DNA of 63,533 bases, counting the filler, from Atractiella rhizophila (lineage: Eukaryota), in assembly GCA_021432655.1 (NCBI GenBank). It is 3 parts of 2 records of this genome, joined end to end, with 100 filler letters (N's around TTAATTAATTAA, not from the genome) between each part and the next. Parts side by side here need not be neighbours in the genome. Positions count along the whole stretch, not along the records: positions 46,254 to 63,533 come from MU271370.1; 2 more parts are not named here. One strand, given 5' to 3'. The translations under genes were made by a program, and so were the position numbers. Below the pieces are notes generated by a model, which was not told where the DNA came from, ran no database searches, and saw only the letters and a list, made by a program, of their open reading frames with translations. Of the stretch, positions 50,901 to 62,728 are shown one piece after another. Within the stretch, counting starts at the first letter, position 1, and each line of letters starts with the position of its first letter.

Positions 50901-52241
50901 TGTAGAAGAGCCAGACTGGGTTTCGTTTCTTTGACAACACCTACAGAGGACTTAGGATGCCACAGATGAATGGTCAGCATCATACTCACATGATTCTGAA
51001 CTTGATCAGCATTCATGGTGCTAGTTGAATCCCGTAGGAGAGGATCGAGTGTGGAGACCGGTACCTGGCAGCTCATAGAGTTCTGTTGCAATAATGAGTT
51101 CTACCATAAATGAGACAACAAAACGAAACGAACTGTTGTTCTTGTACTCTTCTTGCCCTTTGGATCCATCTTCTTGTTCTGCTCCAATGACTTCGCCAAC
51201 TCATCACCGTCAATATCCATCCCTAAGGGATCTTCCTCATCGTCCCCTAAAGCAATGGTCTGGTCCTTTGTGGGGTCATAGTCAAGGTCCATCTCTCCCA
51301 CTTCGTCACAATGGCCTTCAGCCACAAGAACGGAATGTATCCGTGAGGCAATCGCACAGATGGAGCTTTTCCGTGTGTCAAGGAGAGGAGCGGGTACGAG
51401 AGATGTGTCGATCTGAAGGAGTTTGTGCCAGAGGGCTCGAAAAGCAACCAGACCTTGTTTCCCTCCGATGTCGGTAACTGTTGGGGTCCAGAGAGAAAAG
51501 GCACGATGAACAGGCTCCTCATCGTCCTCGAGAAGTGATGCAACTTGATGAATGAGTTGTTGACATTTGACAAAAAGTGAAGCGGTGCTCTGAACTCGTC
51601 TCAGCGAAGCAAATGAGAAAACTTTTGTAAACATACGTGATTTGGGTCTGGTTGGAATGTATGCGACATTACATGCAGGGCCTTTAGTTCTGCATATCCC
51701 GGAATCTTTCTAAGCCTTCTGTACATCTCAGCAGCATCCACTGCGAAACAAACGAAAAAGCTCACTCGTACTCTTGATCTTTTCGCCTCTTGAACTGACT
51801 TAGTGCAGTTCCATCCTCATTGTTCCTTTTCGCAATATCCACCGAAGTTCGTGTCCTCTTTCCTAGCCCGAGAAAGCTCTCCATTGTTGCCATGGTTGAA
51901 ATCAATTGTGATCAAGACGGGGGAGAGACAGAGCGATGCCGATGCCATGGGTTATATGGTGATGGGAGGACCGGAGGACTGAAGAGAGTCTTTAGCTTGT
52001 GCCTTCTGGGAGGTGGAATGTCTTACTATTGGTGCCGTTCCCCCAAAACGGCAAAACGGGGCATGCAGAATCGTGTATCGTATCGGAGTCGTAAAAACCA
52101 CCTTCCAGCGATTCGATACACCTTTGGGGCCGTATTCGAGTCGAATCGTCAGTCGTAGCCTTTTTTCCTCAGTCGACCGACATACGATAGGTATCCGAGC
52201 CGGCGTACCCTGGTACGGTTCGACTCCGATAGCCATCCCTA
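47914..52241 (-). mobile_element. hAT-superfamily DNA transposon (4328 bp) with 15-bp terminal inverted repeats
   Basis: TAGGGATGGCTATCG at 47914 and CGATAGCCATCCCTA ending at 52241. ATCG/TCGA-rich subterminal repeats at both ends. Encloses a transposase. Confidence 0.92.
48165..51893 (-). CDS. hAT transposase with BED-type zinc finger, multi-exon (start approximate)
   Basis: NPVWLFY..KCNHC..HLEDHL, TDQPF...FRDLL, LALDAWTS, SHTGENMA, ITSDNASNND, RCFPHIIHLAV, DVRTRWGST, LDPR, WSHMARDILSIPG|CAVGVERIFS dimerisation domain. Confidence 0.9.
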
Positions 52242-53234
52242 GTCTGCTATCATGAACATGCAAAGCTGACTCTGTTTAACCGAGCATTTACATTCGTCAG
52301 AGAATTTCTTCGTTGTTCCAGTAACGGCCGGTATTCAAGCCAGCAATTTGATTTTGCCACTGGTTTAGCCAATTGTTGTTTGCATCTCCAAATCCGATAG
52401 CTTAACGGAGCTTCGCTTACTGAGACATCCGGCCCACATACCCTCCTTCTTTTTTGTTCCGGAAGTCCCTGTTTCATCCGCCTTGTCAATCATCTGAGCC
52501 GATGATCTGCTGCATTCTGTACGATGAATGAAAATTGGAGTCGGTTGCCGTCCTGAGTTGTGACCTTTGTCAGGCGGAGGCAGTTGTAGCGAAGGGTTTG
52601 TTTGAGCGATGCGTGTAACTCACGCCTTCCGTGCGCTGGAGATGGAGAACTCGAATGTGTTGACCCACAAAACAAGAAAGCAAAATGGAAAATGAAAGGC
52701 TCGATTTTGGCAAAAGCATTAAGAGCTGGCTCCACTTTCTACTCTCCACTCTCCAATTAAGCATTACCAGCTAACTCCACTTCCTACTCTCCACGCACTC
52801 TCCTATTTTGCCAGTTTGGCTCAGGCTCCGACGGCATATCTTTCTGCGGCCCCTTTACCATGTAATCTGACCTAGATCTCCTATAATCCTCAGCAGGATT
52901 GCTTCGTGTTTCATATTTCAACCTGCTCTCGATTGATAGTTATCGTGCGACTGTCAGCCGTCGGCGCTGATTAGGTGATGCGTCAACAGGAAGAATGACA
53001 CCGGGAATGTTCCTGACGAGCGGCAGCTCATTACGAAGTACCTGATCGCGTCTTCACCCTCGCTCAGGGACGGACAGTATAGCGAGAGCGATGTTCGGGG
53101 GAGGGAGGAAGGCCGAAAGCTGATGGGAGAAGTGGGTATCGTATAAAATCGACGCGTTTCGTCCTCAATGTCAATCTCCCAAGACAGTCTCCCCATCAAC
53201 AAGACAACAACTCTGCACATAACTTTAAAACGCT

Positions 53235-53413
53235 ATGGTTCTCTCCACTGACCCGTCCGCCCCCCTTGTCACCATAACCGGCATAACTGGTCAACAAGGC
53301 TCCTCCGTAGCGCGAGCTCTCATCAGCTCTCCAAAGCCATACCGTCTCCGTGGATTTTCTCGAGATACAACTAAAGAAGCGAGCGTGAAGTGGGTGGAGA
53401 AAGGGGTGGAAAC
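53235..53413 (+). pseudogene. 5' fragment of an NmrA-like NAD(P)-binding protein
   Basis: MVLSTDPSAPLVTITGITGQQGSSVARAL...YRLRGFSRD...WVEKGVE, truncated at the junction with the UBC fragment. Confidence 0.8.
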
Positions 53414-53844
53414 CGATCCCCATCCATTGGGTTCATGAACAAGATCTTCCACCCTAACATCGACGAGCTCTCCGGTTCTGTCTGCCTCGATGTCATTAAT
53501 CAGACCTGGTCACCAATGTTTGACATGATCAATATCTTCGAAGTGTTCCTCCCACAGTTGCTCCGGTACCCCAATCCCTCCGATCCATTGAACGGAGAAG
53601 CGGCAGCATTGTTGATGAGGGAGCCGAAGAGGTATGACGAGAAGGTTAAAGGTACGTCCTCTATTCGCTGTGTACGGGTATTTGTAGAATGATGTGTTGC
53701 GATGGCGCAGATTATGTGCAACGCTTCGCAACGAAAGAGGCGGCTGACGATGCCGGGAAAGCAGACGACGATGATGACGAGGAGTTGAGCGATCTCGAAC
53801 ATCTCTCGGATGAAGGGAACGAAGCAGACGGAATGGAGTTATGA
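53414..53844 (+). pseudogene. UBC8: 3' fragment of ubiquitin-conjugating enzyme E2 (Ubc8/UBE2H type)
   Basis: [66 protein letters not shown]...|DYVQRFATKE plus acidic tail. Retains an intron; the N-terminal part of the E2 fold is missing. Confidence 0.85.
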
Positions 53845-54305
53845 GTTCCTTCTCCTCTTCCCCTCGCCCATCTGCTTCGCCCCTTTCACCGATCTGTGCC
53901 ACTGTAGAACATTTGTTTCTGTTTGACGCCTTTCTTTTCAGTTTGTACTCTTGATCGATTTGATCTATCGCTTGCCTTGCAATCAGTTTGCTATCTGTTT
54001 AGTCGTGTGACAATACCAAATCAGTGAAACTACCTTTTCCTTTACACGTACGGTCCAAATTTCGATGAGGCGACACCCAGTGGTTCAGTACATTTCTCCA
54101 TATGAGCGTTTGATGTGTTGGCTTCAGGCAGACTTCTGCGAGAGAGAATGGGAATGGAACTCTCAAAAATCGGTTTCACGTCATACAATATATAATACGA
54201 GAAATTCAGAGGACAAAACTCATGACGGTATATACAACCAAATTCACTCCTTTTACTGATCACCCCACATCTCCTCATCAACTCTCCGCCACATTGTATG
54301 ATTAA

Positions 54306-54811
54306 TTAGAAAGCCTGTTTCTGAGAGCTCGTCGTTCCGATCCTCTGCTTCCTGTTCTTTGGAGCGTACACATTGTTGTACCAATAGATGCCACCTGCAA
54401 CAAATGCTAACGCGACAAAGTTCCCTGTACCCAGGTTCATTTATCAAGCGGGGACATAGGGAAGTGGAAGCTGGAGACGGACCGAGCACAAAGTGGATAG
54501 CTCCGCCAGTTAATTTTATTCCGGCATTAACTGTGTCCGTGATAAGACCGATAGCGCTGGAGAAGACGCTTTCGAGGGTCTTGAAGGCGGCTGAGAAGAC
54601 GTTCTCGAATCCATGGAAGAGCGTCGTCAGGAACGAAGTGATCGTCACGGCAATACTTCGCGCAAAACAAATTATCAGCCGTTTCTGTTGAGATGTTATG
54701 TGAGAGGAGGACTTACAGATTGAGCACGTTGAGAAGCGCTTGGAAGAGGGAGATGGGGATTTGGAGGAGGGAGTTGAGGAGAGAGCCGATGGATTCAAAG
54801 ATTCCTGACAT
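54306..54811 (-). CDS. Small helical membrane protein of unknown function, multi-exon
   Basis: MSGIFESIGSLLNSLLQIPISLFQALLNVL|...FSAAFKTLESVFSSAIGLITDTV...HFVL|GNFVALAFVAGGIYWYNN...*, with plausible GT..AG introns. Confidence 0.55.
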
Positions 54812-55337
54812 GGTCGTTAATTATTTCGATAATATCGTTATATTTTGGTTAAATTTGGCGTTAGTCTTCGTTATGATTGTTATGTGAAGGGAACCCAGAC
54901 GTTGCTTTGCCTCTTTTTATGTTGTTGGAAAAGATTGGATGACGTAACAGCGTCATCTCCTGAGATTATGACGTAAGGTTAAAGTTTGCCATCCAATTAT
55001 TGTTGTTGAGTCATAGTCGATGATACAGGACTAGAATATTATCAGAAGTTGCTAGTGATTAATAATGATTGTAGATTGGCAGATGCGTGCTTTTTAGCTG
55101 GCTATTTTGTCCAGAGGGCTTGTTGCATGAGATGAAATGGAGTTTACACGTTGGTATACCTAGAATATTGAATTACTCTACAATTAGCTCGCTCCTTAAA
55201 AGATGGTAAAACCCCAGATGCTACTGAGCTTTCCTTTAGGGGACAGACGCTGCAGCGGAAGGACTGTGAATACGTAGACATATATTCTCCATGAGAACCA
55301 AAAGACTTGATATAGACATTAATCCTAGAGCGTTGGT

Positions 55338-55725
55338 TCAACCAAAAATGATGTCCAACCGCTCCTGCAGTTGGTCAGCATCATACTTGAAATATTTCGA
55401 GGGATCTATATTGTAAATCAGCTATCCGACTGTTTCAAGCTTGAAACAAATGCGTACTTTTGCTAAACTCTCTATCCTTATGTTTCTGTGCAAACTTAGC
55501 GTAAGTAGGCACAACCATCCTATTGACCTCATCCTTGAGCCTATTTCTGAGCTCGTTCCCGCCCTCCTTCTCCAAGGTCGCTGTCAAATGGAGCGCCTCA
55601 ATATCTTCCAAACCCTCGTTGAAGCGACCAAATCGGTCCTTCACCTCTTTCCTCTCGTTGCTCTCCTTCCCACCGACGACGGCCTTGACGCCAGTCGGCG
55701 CATTGCCCACATCCAACATGGGGGG
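55338..55725 (-). pseudogene. EXO70: 3' fragment of exocyst subunit Exo70
   Basis: ERKEVKDRFGRFNEGLEDI...LRNRLKDEVNRMVVPTYAKF...EFSK|NPSKYFKYD matches the Exo70 C-terminus. Upstream sequence looks LTR-like rather than Exo70. Confidence 0.75.
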
Positions 55726-56679
55726 AGACAAAAGCGGTTTCACTACAGATTGAGGAACCGGCGGAAGCGCTTGCGAACATGTAGGCAATTAAGGCAGCAC
55801 TTCTTCAGCAATCCGAGCTGCCACAGGAATCGAAAGCTAACGATACGGCTTGAAGTCTCAGAAAGGTGAGCAGAAAGCGGGAAATTCATCGACGACTACA
55901 CACGCACCTTTCCAGCGGTTCTGGCCAAGCTACTTCAACACTCCCCTTCCTCACCCTCCTTCCTCTTGCTCAACCCTCTATACTATGTAAGAAAGGCACG
56001 GTCGACAGAGGCCTGAGAAGGACTTAAGTAGCTCCTATGCTTTCATACATAGAGAGGACGCATATCGGGTCAACAGAAGCAACGACTACCTATAGACTCG
56101 GTTCCGGAAACCATGATTCCGGGGAAGATGAAGCCTCGACCGTCTGCGACCGCAGTCGCCGCATCGACAGTTACACTCACAAGTAAAAAAAACAACCTTT
56201 TCATATTACGCTCCACTTATTGGCCTAACCAGTCCAACAGTTAAAATACGCGGTCGAAACGCTGTTCGTCCTGCAACACCTTTCGGATGACAGATGAGAA
56301 CCCGGACCTTTAACCTATAAGCCTCCTTCTCCTCATCCACCTCCGAGCTTCCGTCATAGTCTTTTGCTAGGAGAGTAGCTCGTCATGGAACCAAACAGGG
56401 TAGGGAATGAAGAGGTTTCGTCAGTGGTTATTCACTAAATCGCCTACACGATGTGTGAGAAGAGCAAAGTGACCTTCGCGCTCGGTTCTGGGAGAGGTGG
56501 GCTTGGGCAAGACCGAAGAGAGGGTATAAGAAGGAGTTGTTGAACAGCATGTAGGCTGCACTCTAGTGGAGGTCGCGGTATAGACTAGAAGACGGTCTGC
56601 GGACAGTTCTACTCGACTTATTCTTCTACGCCTGTCGGTTCTGCCGCATGGAGCTTTAGACCAGCGGAGAGCAGAGACG
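55726..56679 (-). mobile_element. Probable degenerate copia-like retroelement relic (PPT + LTR start)
   Basis: On the minus strand a polypurine tract gaggaaggggag is followed directly by TGTTGAAGT (55940), the same start as the LTR at 20122. A residual LTKPL motif sits near 56410-56425. Confidence 0.4.
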
Positions 56680-57498
56680 NNNNNNNNNNNNNNNNNNNNN
56701 NNNNNNNNNNNNNNNNNNNNNNNNNNNNNNNNNNNNNNNNNNNNNNNNNNNNNNNNNNNNNNNNNNNNNNNNNNNNNNNNNNNNNNNNNNNNNNNNNNNN
56801 NNNNNNNNNNNNNNNNNNNNNNNNNNNNNNNNNNNNNNNNNNNNNNNNNNNNNNNNNNNNNNNNNNNNNNNNNNNNNNNNNNNNNNNNNNNNNNNNNNNN
56901 NNNNNNNNNNNNNNNNNNNNNNNNNNNNNNNNNNNNNNNNNNNNNNNNNNNNNNNNNNNNNNNNNNNNNNNNNNNNNNNNNNNNNNNNNNNNNNNNNNNN
57001 NNNNNNNNNNNNNNNNNNNNNNNNNNNNNNNNNNNNNNNNNNNNNNNNNNNNNNNNNNNNNNNNNNNNNNNNNNNNNNNNNNNNNNNNNNNNNNNNNNNN
57101 NNNNNNNNNNNNNNNNNNNNNNNNNNNNNNNNNNNNNNNNNNNNNNNNNNNNNNNNNNNNNNNNNNNNNNNNNNNNNNNNNNNNNNNNNNNNNNNNNNNN
57201 NNNNNNNNNNNNNNNNNNNNNNNNNNNNNNNNNNNNNNNNNNNNNNNNNNNNNNNNNNNNNNNNNNNNNNNNNNNNNNNNNNNNNNNNNNNNNNNNNNNN
57301 NNNNNNNNNNNNNNNNNNNNNNNNNNNNNNNNNNNNNNNNNNNNNNNNNNNNNNNNNNNNNNNNNNNNNNNNNNNNNNNNNNNNNNNNNNNNNNNNNNNN
57401 NNNNNNNNNNNNNNNNNNNNNNNNNNNNNNNNNNNNNNNNNNNNNNNNNNNNNNNNNNNNNNNNNNNNNNNNNNNNNNNNNCTTAACACTCTGAGCAG

Positions 57499-58367
57499 CA
57501 TGGTGGAAATCTACTGATCCGGCCTGCAAAACGCGGAAGTCGAAGTCCTCATAATTTTGAGATTGTGCTGTTAGACCACGGTGCGTTCTTCAAGCAAGTC
57601 AACTATGAGCTAATCATGGGAGGACAGGACTCTATTTCGATCTCCCAGAAGACTTGCGGCTCAACTATGCACATCTTTGGCTCTCACTCATATCTCCATC
57701 CTCTCCGAAAGTTACTGAGGAACGAAAGCATTACGCGAAGTTGGTTGGGAACATCACTGACGAAATGTACCCCGTGTTCGAATCGTATGTTGTCCCATCC
57801 ATGAAACGTCCCTGTATTCACTGCGTTTGTAGGGCTATAACTGGAAGGAGTTCTTCCGTCAATACAGAAGGGTCAAGTCTTATTCATGCTGGTGGGTTGG
57901 ACGAAGCTGAAGCGCGACGAATGCGACACGCCGTCGTGGAGGGAGGATTAATAGGAAGCATTTTTAAGCTCCTTCGCGGAGTACCCAGACGGCTCCTCAT
58001 GGTACTGAAAGTCAAGTCAGTCCTCAGCGCCTGTTATTGAGGAATATACTAACAAGACATCAGCGATTTAACACGTCATCTCGATTTGTCGCTCCAAACT
58101 ACTCATGCACCCTACCGAATATTTCTGATCGTCGCACAATACTGTTCGACTGCTATTTACGCAGAGCAACTAGATTCGATTGCAGATCGGTATCACCGTT
58201 TCGGCCTGTCTTTCAGTTTGACCATCGATTGGATGAAAGCTTGGTGGCAACACGAGCGCTGGTGGTAGAGCTTGAGGACTGTTGAATGGTGGGCTGACCG
58301 AGTTGGGCAGTGGAACAAGTTCAAAATCTGGGCATGGTCGGAGGGTACTGGCCACGTACAATTGTAA
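57499..58367 (+). CDS. ABC1/UbiB atypical kinase (ADCK1/MCP2-like), 3' part; 5' end missing or in the gap; late TAG codon
   Basis: HGGNLLIRP...PHNFEIVLLDHG|, LRLNYAHLWLSLI, AITGR, LLRGVPRRLLMVLK. In-frame TAG at 58266-58268, 33 codons before the apparent end. Confidence 0.75.
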
Positions 58368-58454
58368 GAGGGGACCCTGTATACTTCTCGCAGAATTTTC
58401 ATATTTTTAAATCAGATTGTAACTGTTTGAGCTGAACAAAACCCTGATATTTAT

Positions 58455-59140
58455 CTATGTCGGAGAAACCATGCTCTGATTGACAGCTAATAATTCAATA
58501 ACTCGATAAACCGCAACAGCTGACACAAAAAGACCATGTTGAGGGAAGCATCGAATCGCTCCCCCAGGGCTATTGTAAGGAGCTGGGTCGATGTTAGCAT
58601 CAGACGCCACTTCCACAAGACGAGCAAGATCGTCTGGAGTATAAATTGGACGGAGAAAGGAAAAAGGAGCGGACGGCGGTGCAGGCAAAATCAACGACAC
58701 ATCCACCGCCCTAGCTAGTAAACCCCATGCCTCATCGCAGGCAATATCGGTGAGCGGTGAGGGAGTCGATATCGTCACGGTTTGTGATTCAGAGGGCGAA
58801 TCGCAGCCGATTGTAGGTGAGCGTCCACAGCAAGGCGTAGAAGTTGGTGCAGCCAATCCATCCGCACAGGGTCGAGCAGTAGATTCACAATCGGGGAACG
58901 TAAGCATCTTCACTAGGGACTGTACATAGATTGTCAGGATGTTTATGACGTAGAAAATGCTCACAGTGCAAAAGTCTCGAAGACGTTGGCCGTCTGGGTT
59001 GCCAATGGAAGCATGAAGGCAAGTCGAAAGGCATGCTTCTTCTTTGACTCTTCGGATGGGTGAGATATCTACTCGTGGGAAAACTATCGGATTGTGAAAA
59101 TATAGATCTGTGCATGGCGTCAGGGAGAGACATCGTGATC
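58455..59140 (-). CDS. C-terminal part of a Cys-rich protein, candidate bZIP/Yap/HapX-like regulator (5' end probably in the gap)
   Basis: Open frame with PCCG, GCD, IACDEAWGLL...DDLARLVEVA...IRCF...VSAVAVYRVIELL, resembling the C-terminal Cys-rich domain of fungal bZIP factors. No DNA-binding domain is visible. Confidence 0.35.
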
Positions 59141-59867
59141 NNNNNNNNNNNNNNNNNNNNNNNNNNNNNNNNNNNNNNNNNNNNNNNNNNNNNNNNNNNN
59201 NNNNNNNNNNNNNNNNNNNNNNNNNNNNNNNNNNNNNNNNNNNNNNNNNNNNNNNNNNNNNNNNNNNNNNNNNNNNNNNNNNNNNNNNNNNNNNNNNNNN
59301 NNNNNNNNNNNNNNNNNNNNNNNNNNNNNNNNNNNNNNNNNNNNNNNNNNNNNNNNNNNNNNNNNNNNNNNNNNNNNNNNNNNNNNNNNNNNNNNNNNNN
59401 NNNNNNNNNNNNNNNNNNNNNNNNNNNNNNNNNNNNNNNNNNNNNNNNNNNNNNNNNNNNNNNNNNNNNNNNNNNNNNNNNNNNNNNNNNNNNNNNNNNN
59501 NNNNNNNNNNNNNNNNNNNNNNNNNNNNNNNNNNNNNNNNNNNNNNNNNNNNNNNNNNNNNNNNNNNNNNNNNNNNNNNNNNNNNNNNNNNNNNNNNNNN
59601 NNNNNNNNNNNNNNNNNNNNNNNNNNNNNNNNNNNNNNNNNNNNNNNNNNNNNNNNNNNNNNNNNNNNNNNNNNNNNNNNNNNNNNNNNNNNNNNNNNNN
59701 NNNNNNNNNNNNNNNNNNNNNNNNNNNNNNNNNNNNNNNNNNNNNNNNNNNNNNNNNNNNNNNNNNNNNNNNNNNNNNNAACACCTTTCCTTCCAGCGTA
59801 TCTAAAGAGTGAATTAGATTGCTGATTCACGTCCATCTTTCCTTTGATCGGAATACCCCTTGACGTT

Positions 59868-61233
59868 TTAACTACCTCGAATAAACCGTACTCCATACAC
59901 TAGAGCCACCATCACTGGCACTTCAACAAGTACACCAACCGTAGTTGCAACTGCTTGCTTGCTACTCGGTCCATAAGTCGAAATCGCCACGGCAATCGCA
60001 AGCTCAAAGTTATTGCTGCTAGCAGTAAAACTTTGCGTTATTGCCCAGGTCGTAGTTCCACTTCATGATCTTGAGACAAGCAGCAAGTGTGGCAAAGAAT
60101 ATGGAGGCAAAATAAACGAGCAATGGGCTGGCGACACGCACAATGGAGACGACTGAGGTTGTAACTGAGGATGATTGAGAGGCGAAGAGGACGACAATGG
60201 TGTAGACAAGCCCAAGGAGGGAGAATGGACTCATGATAGGCAAGAACCGATTGTCGTACCAGTCTACCAGACTACCTCGACGCAATATGAAGCGAGTGAG
60301 AACTGCTGCACCAAAAGGGAATGCCCAGGTATGCCGCAACAGATTTTGCCACCAGAGAATAAGAAATATGGCTGGTTTGTCCGCGGATGGAAAACCCGTC
60401 GATGTACGCGAGAGCGAGCTGCGAAGGAATGAACCACGAGACGCGTCGTTGCGGTTAAGAGAAACTTACTGGTGCGTAAAGGATAATCTGAAGGACAGAA
60501 TTCAGGGCTACCAACAAAGCGCAGTAATCACCGTCTCCACCTGTGAGTTTCGTCCATACCAAGACCTGTTCAATGATGTTAGGCTCAAATTGCATCTAAT
60601 TCGTTAATAGCTTACCATAGCTATACATCTTGCGAGTCCAACCAAGATTAAACCTTCTCTGAGCTCCTGTTGATCAGGGAGAAATGCCCATGCCAGTGCG
60701 ACCTGATCAACAACATCAGAAATGTCATGTAAGTGAGAGAGTTATTCACCATAAACAAGGGAGCAATAAGCCAGTTCACGAAAAGACTGAACGCAATTTG
60801 AATCCACAAGCTCTTGAGCTTCGTGATGGTATAGAGGTTCTCGTATCGAACTTTGCACAGAATGGGATACATCATGACGAGCAATCCCACAGCTGCCAGA
60901 TTGATCAACCGAAGTGATAACTAGTATTAAAAGCCTGCCTATAGGAACTGGGGAACCTGCCAACGGATAATTAGACATATTCCAAGACCTCTGAGAATGG
61001 AATGCACCAACAAATTGCCCTTTCCTTAAGGCATCTCCTGTTGACGTAAAGTTTCCCAAGACAATTCCTACGCCGATAGACAGTGCCACCCAAACTGCGA
61101 GCCACCGATCAAAAAAGCTCAGTTTATCAAGAGGCTGCTGAGTTGCAGAATCAGTCTCGCATGTCTCAAGGCCGGCACCTCCAGCCTCAGCCTGAGTAAG
61201 TTCCCCTGAGGTTTGGTTGTGAAGGGTGGCCAT
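59868..61233 (-). CDS. ACR3: Arsenite efflux transporter ACR3 family, multi-exon, with two apparent +1 frameshifts
   Basis: [56 protein letters not shown]...[48 protein letters not shown]. Extra bases near 60313 and 60044. Confidence 0.92.
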
Positions 61234-61712
61234 GACCGTGACCTAGCGTTTGCTTTACTGTCAATGGTTTTATAGATACCCATACCTGTTGGCAACTTTT
61301 GCAATACATTGTCAATCAGAATCCGCGATTACGTAAACTCATGGTGTCTTCTCAAAATGTAGCAGGCAGCATTCCATCCGTTGATGATAGCGATGGAGTG
61401 TTGATCCGATCGGACGATTGGCGGGAGACAGAGCAAATGGTCGCTCAAACGAAGAGAGGAGAAATCCAGCTGAGGAGTGTCCGGATCTAATTTCGGATAA
61501 CCACTGGACAGAAATGGAACGGTTTGGCCGTCAACAATGGCGACGCGCCCGTGCTATCCTCTGCCGGGAGGAAGACGGAGAAAAGCCCCCATCTTCCTCT
61601 AGAATTCTACAAAACAAGGCTCTGAGGAAGGATCCTTCATATTTATTGAGTGTTACAAGTCAGATGAATTTCGTTTCTTTTTCTTTTGTACTTGAAGTTC
61701 GACAACCCGGTG

Positions 61713-62728
61713 TTACTTTTTTGCGTAAATTTGGAACGATGCTGACATCAGCCTTGTAGATGAGTGGAGCTCCTTAGGAACAAACAGTGAACACACCAAG
61801 ATAATTGTTGAAATCTTCTTCCGCGAATTCATCGTTCGTAGCCCCAAGATTGATTGGGCCACAACACCTACCACCTTTTTTTACCACTGTGATATTAGCA
61901 TCCTCTACTAGTGGCTTGAAAACGTTCAGGTCTGCCTTGGTATCAATGAATTTCACATCTGTTAGACAAATTAGGTGGCATGATTGGCCGCAATCTAGAC
62001 ATACCTTGAAATCCAGCCGCGACAAACAAGTCCCGATATTCGTTGACTTGAATCGCACCACCTAAGCATGCTACATATGCAGATTCTTCTTGCATCCTCG
62101 CAGGCAATAATTTCTTTGCGACAATGTCCGAAATGCTAATACGACCACCAGGCTTCAGGGCACGGTAGATTTCACGAATAACTTTGTTTTGTCGGTGACA
62201 AGGTTAATTACGCAGTTGCTAAGAATGCAGTCTACGCTGTTGTCATCGACAGGAAGATTAGTGATTGGAGCATGCTTGAATTCGATATTGGATTGATATC
62301 CTCTCTTGCTGGCGTTTTGTCGAGCACGGTCAATCATATGCTGTGGAGACATAAGCGATAAGAATGACTATTGAAGAACCCTTGCCTGTGAGAAATCTAC
62401 CCCAATAACCTTTCCACTGGACCCAACTTTGTCTGCAGCGAGGAAGGCATCGATGCCAGCACCGCTTCCCAAATCCACGATTATTTCTCCCTTGAAACCA
62501 ATTAGAACGAATCCATACGAGATATGAGAAAGCCCCCAGAAAACGGACCGGTTGAATATTGGCCAGCGTCACGGGATTTCCGCATGACAAACCCATGTTC
62601 GCTCCTTCAGGCAGTGACTCGAGGCTCTCACTGGAGTAACCAAAGGAGGAAGCAACGGAATGAGCATATTGGTTATCAGTTGTGTTTTGAGCAATAGCAC
62701 TGTATCGTTCCTCCACAAAGATCTCCAT
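61713..62728 (-). CDS. arsM: Arsenite S-adenosylmethionine methyltransferase (ArsM/AS3MT), multi-exon; start approximate; one apparent frameshift
   Basis: [79 protein letters not shown]-terminal CCG. One-base slip at KLF/REIY (~62175). Confidence 0.9.

Noticed and set aside
44413..59896. Long ORFs consisting mostly of X
   Set aside because: Artefacts of translating through N-gaps.
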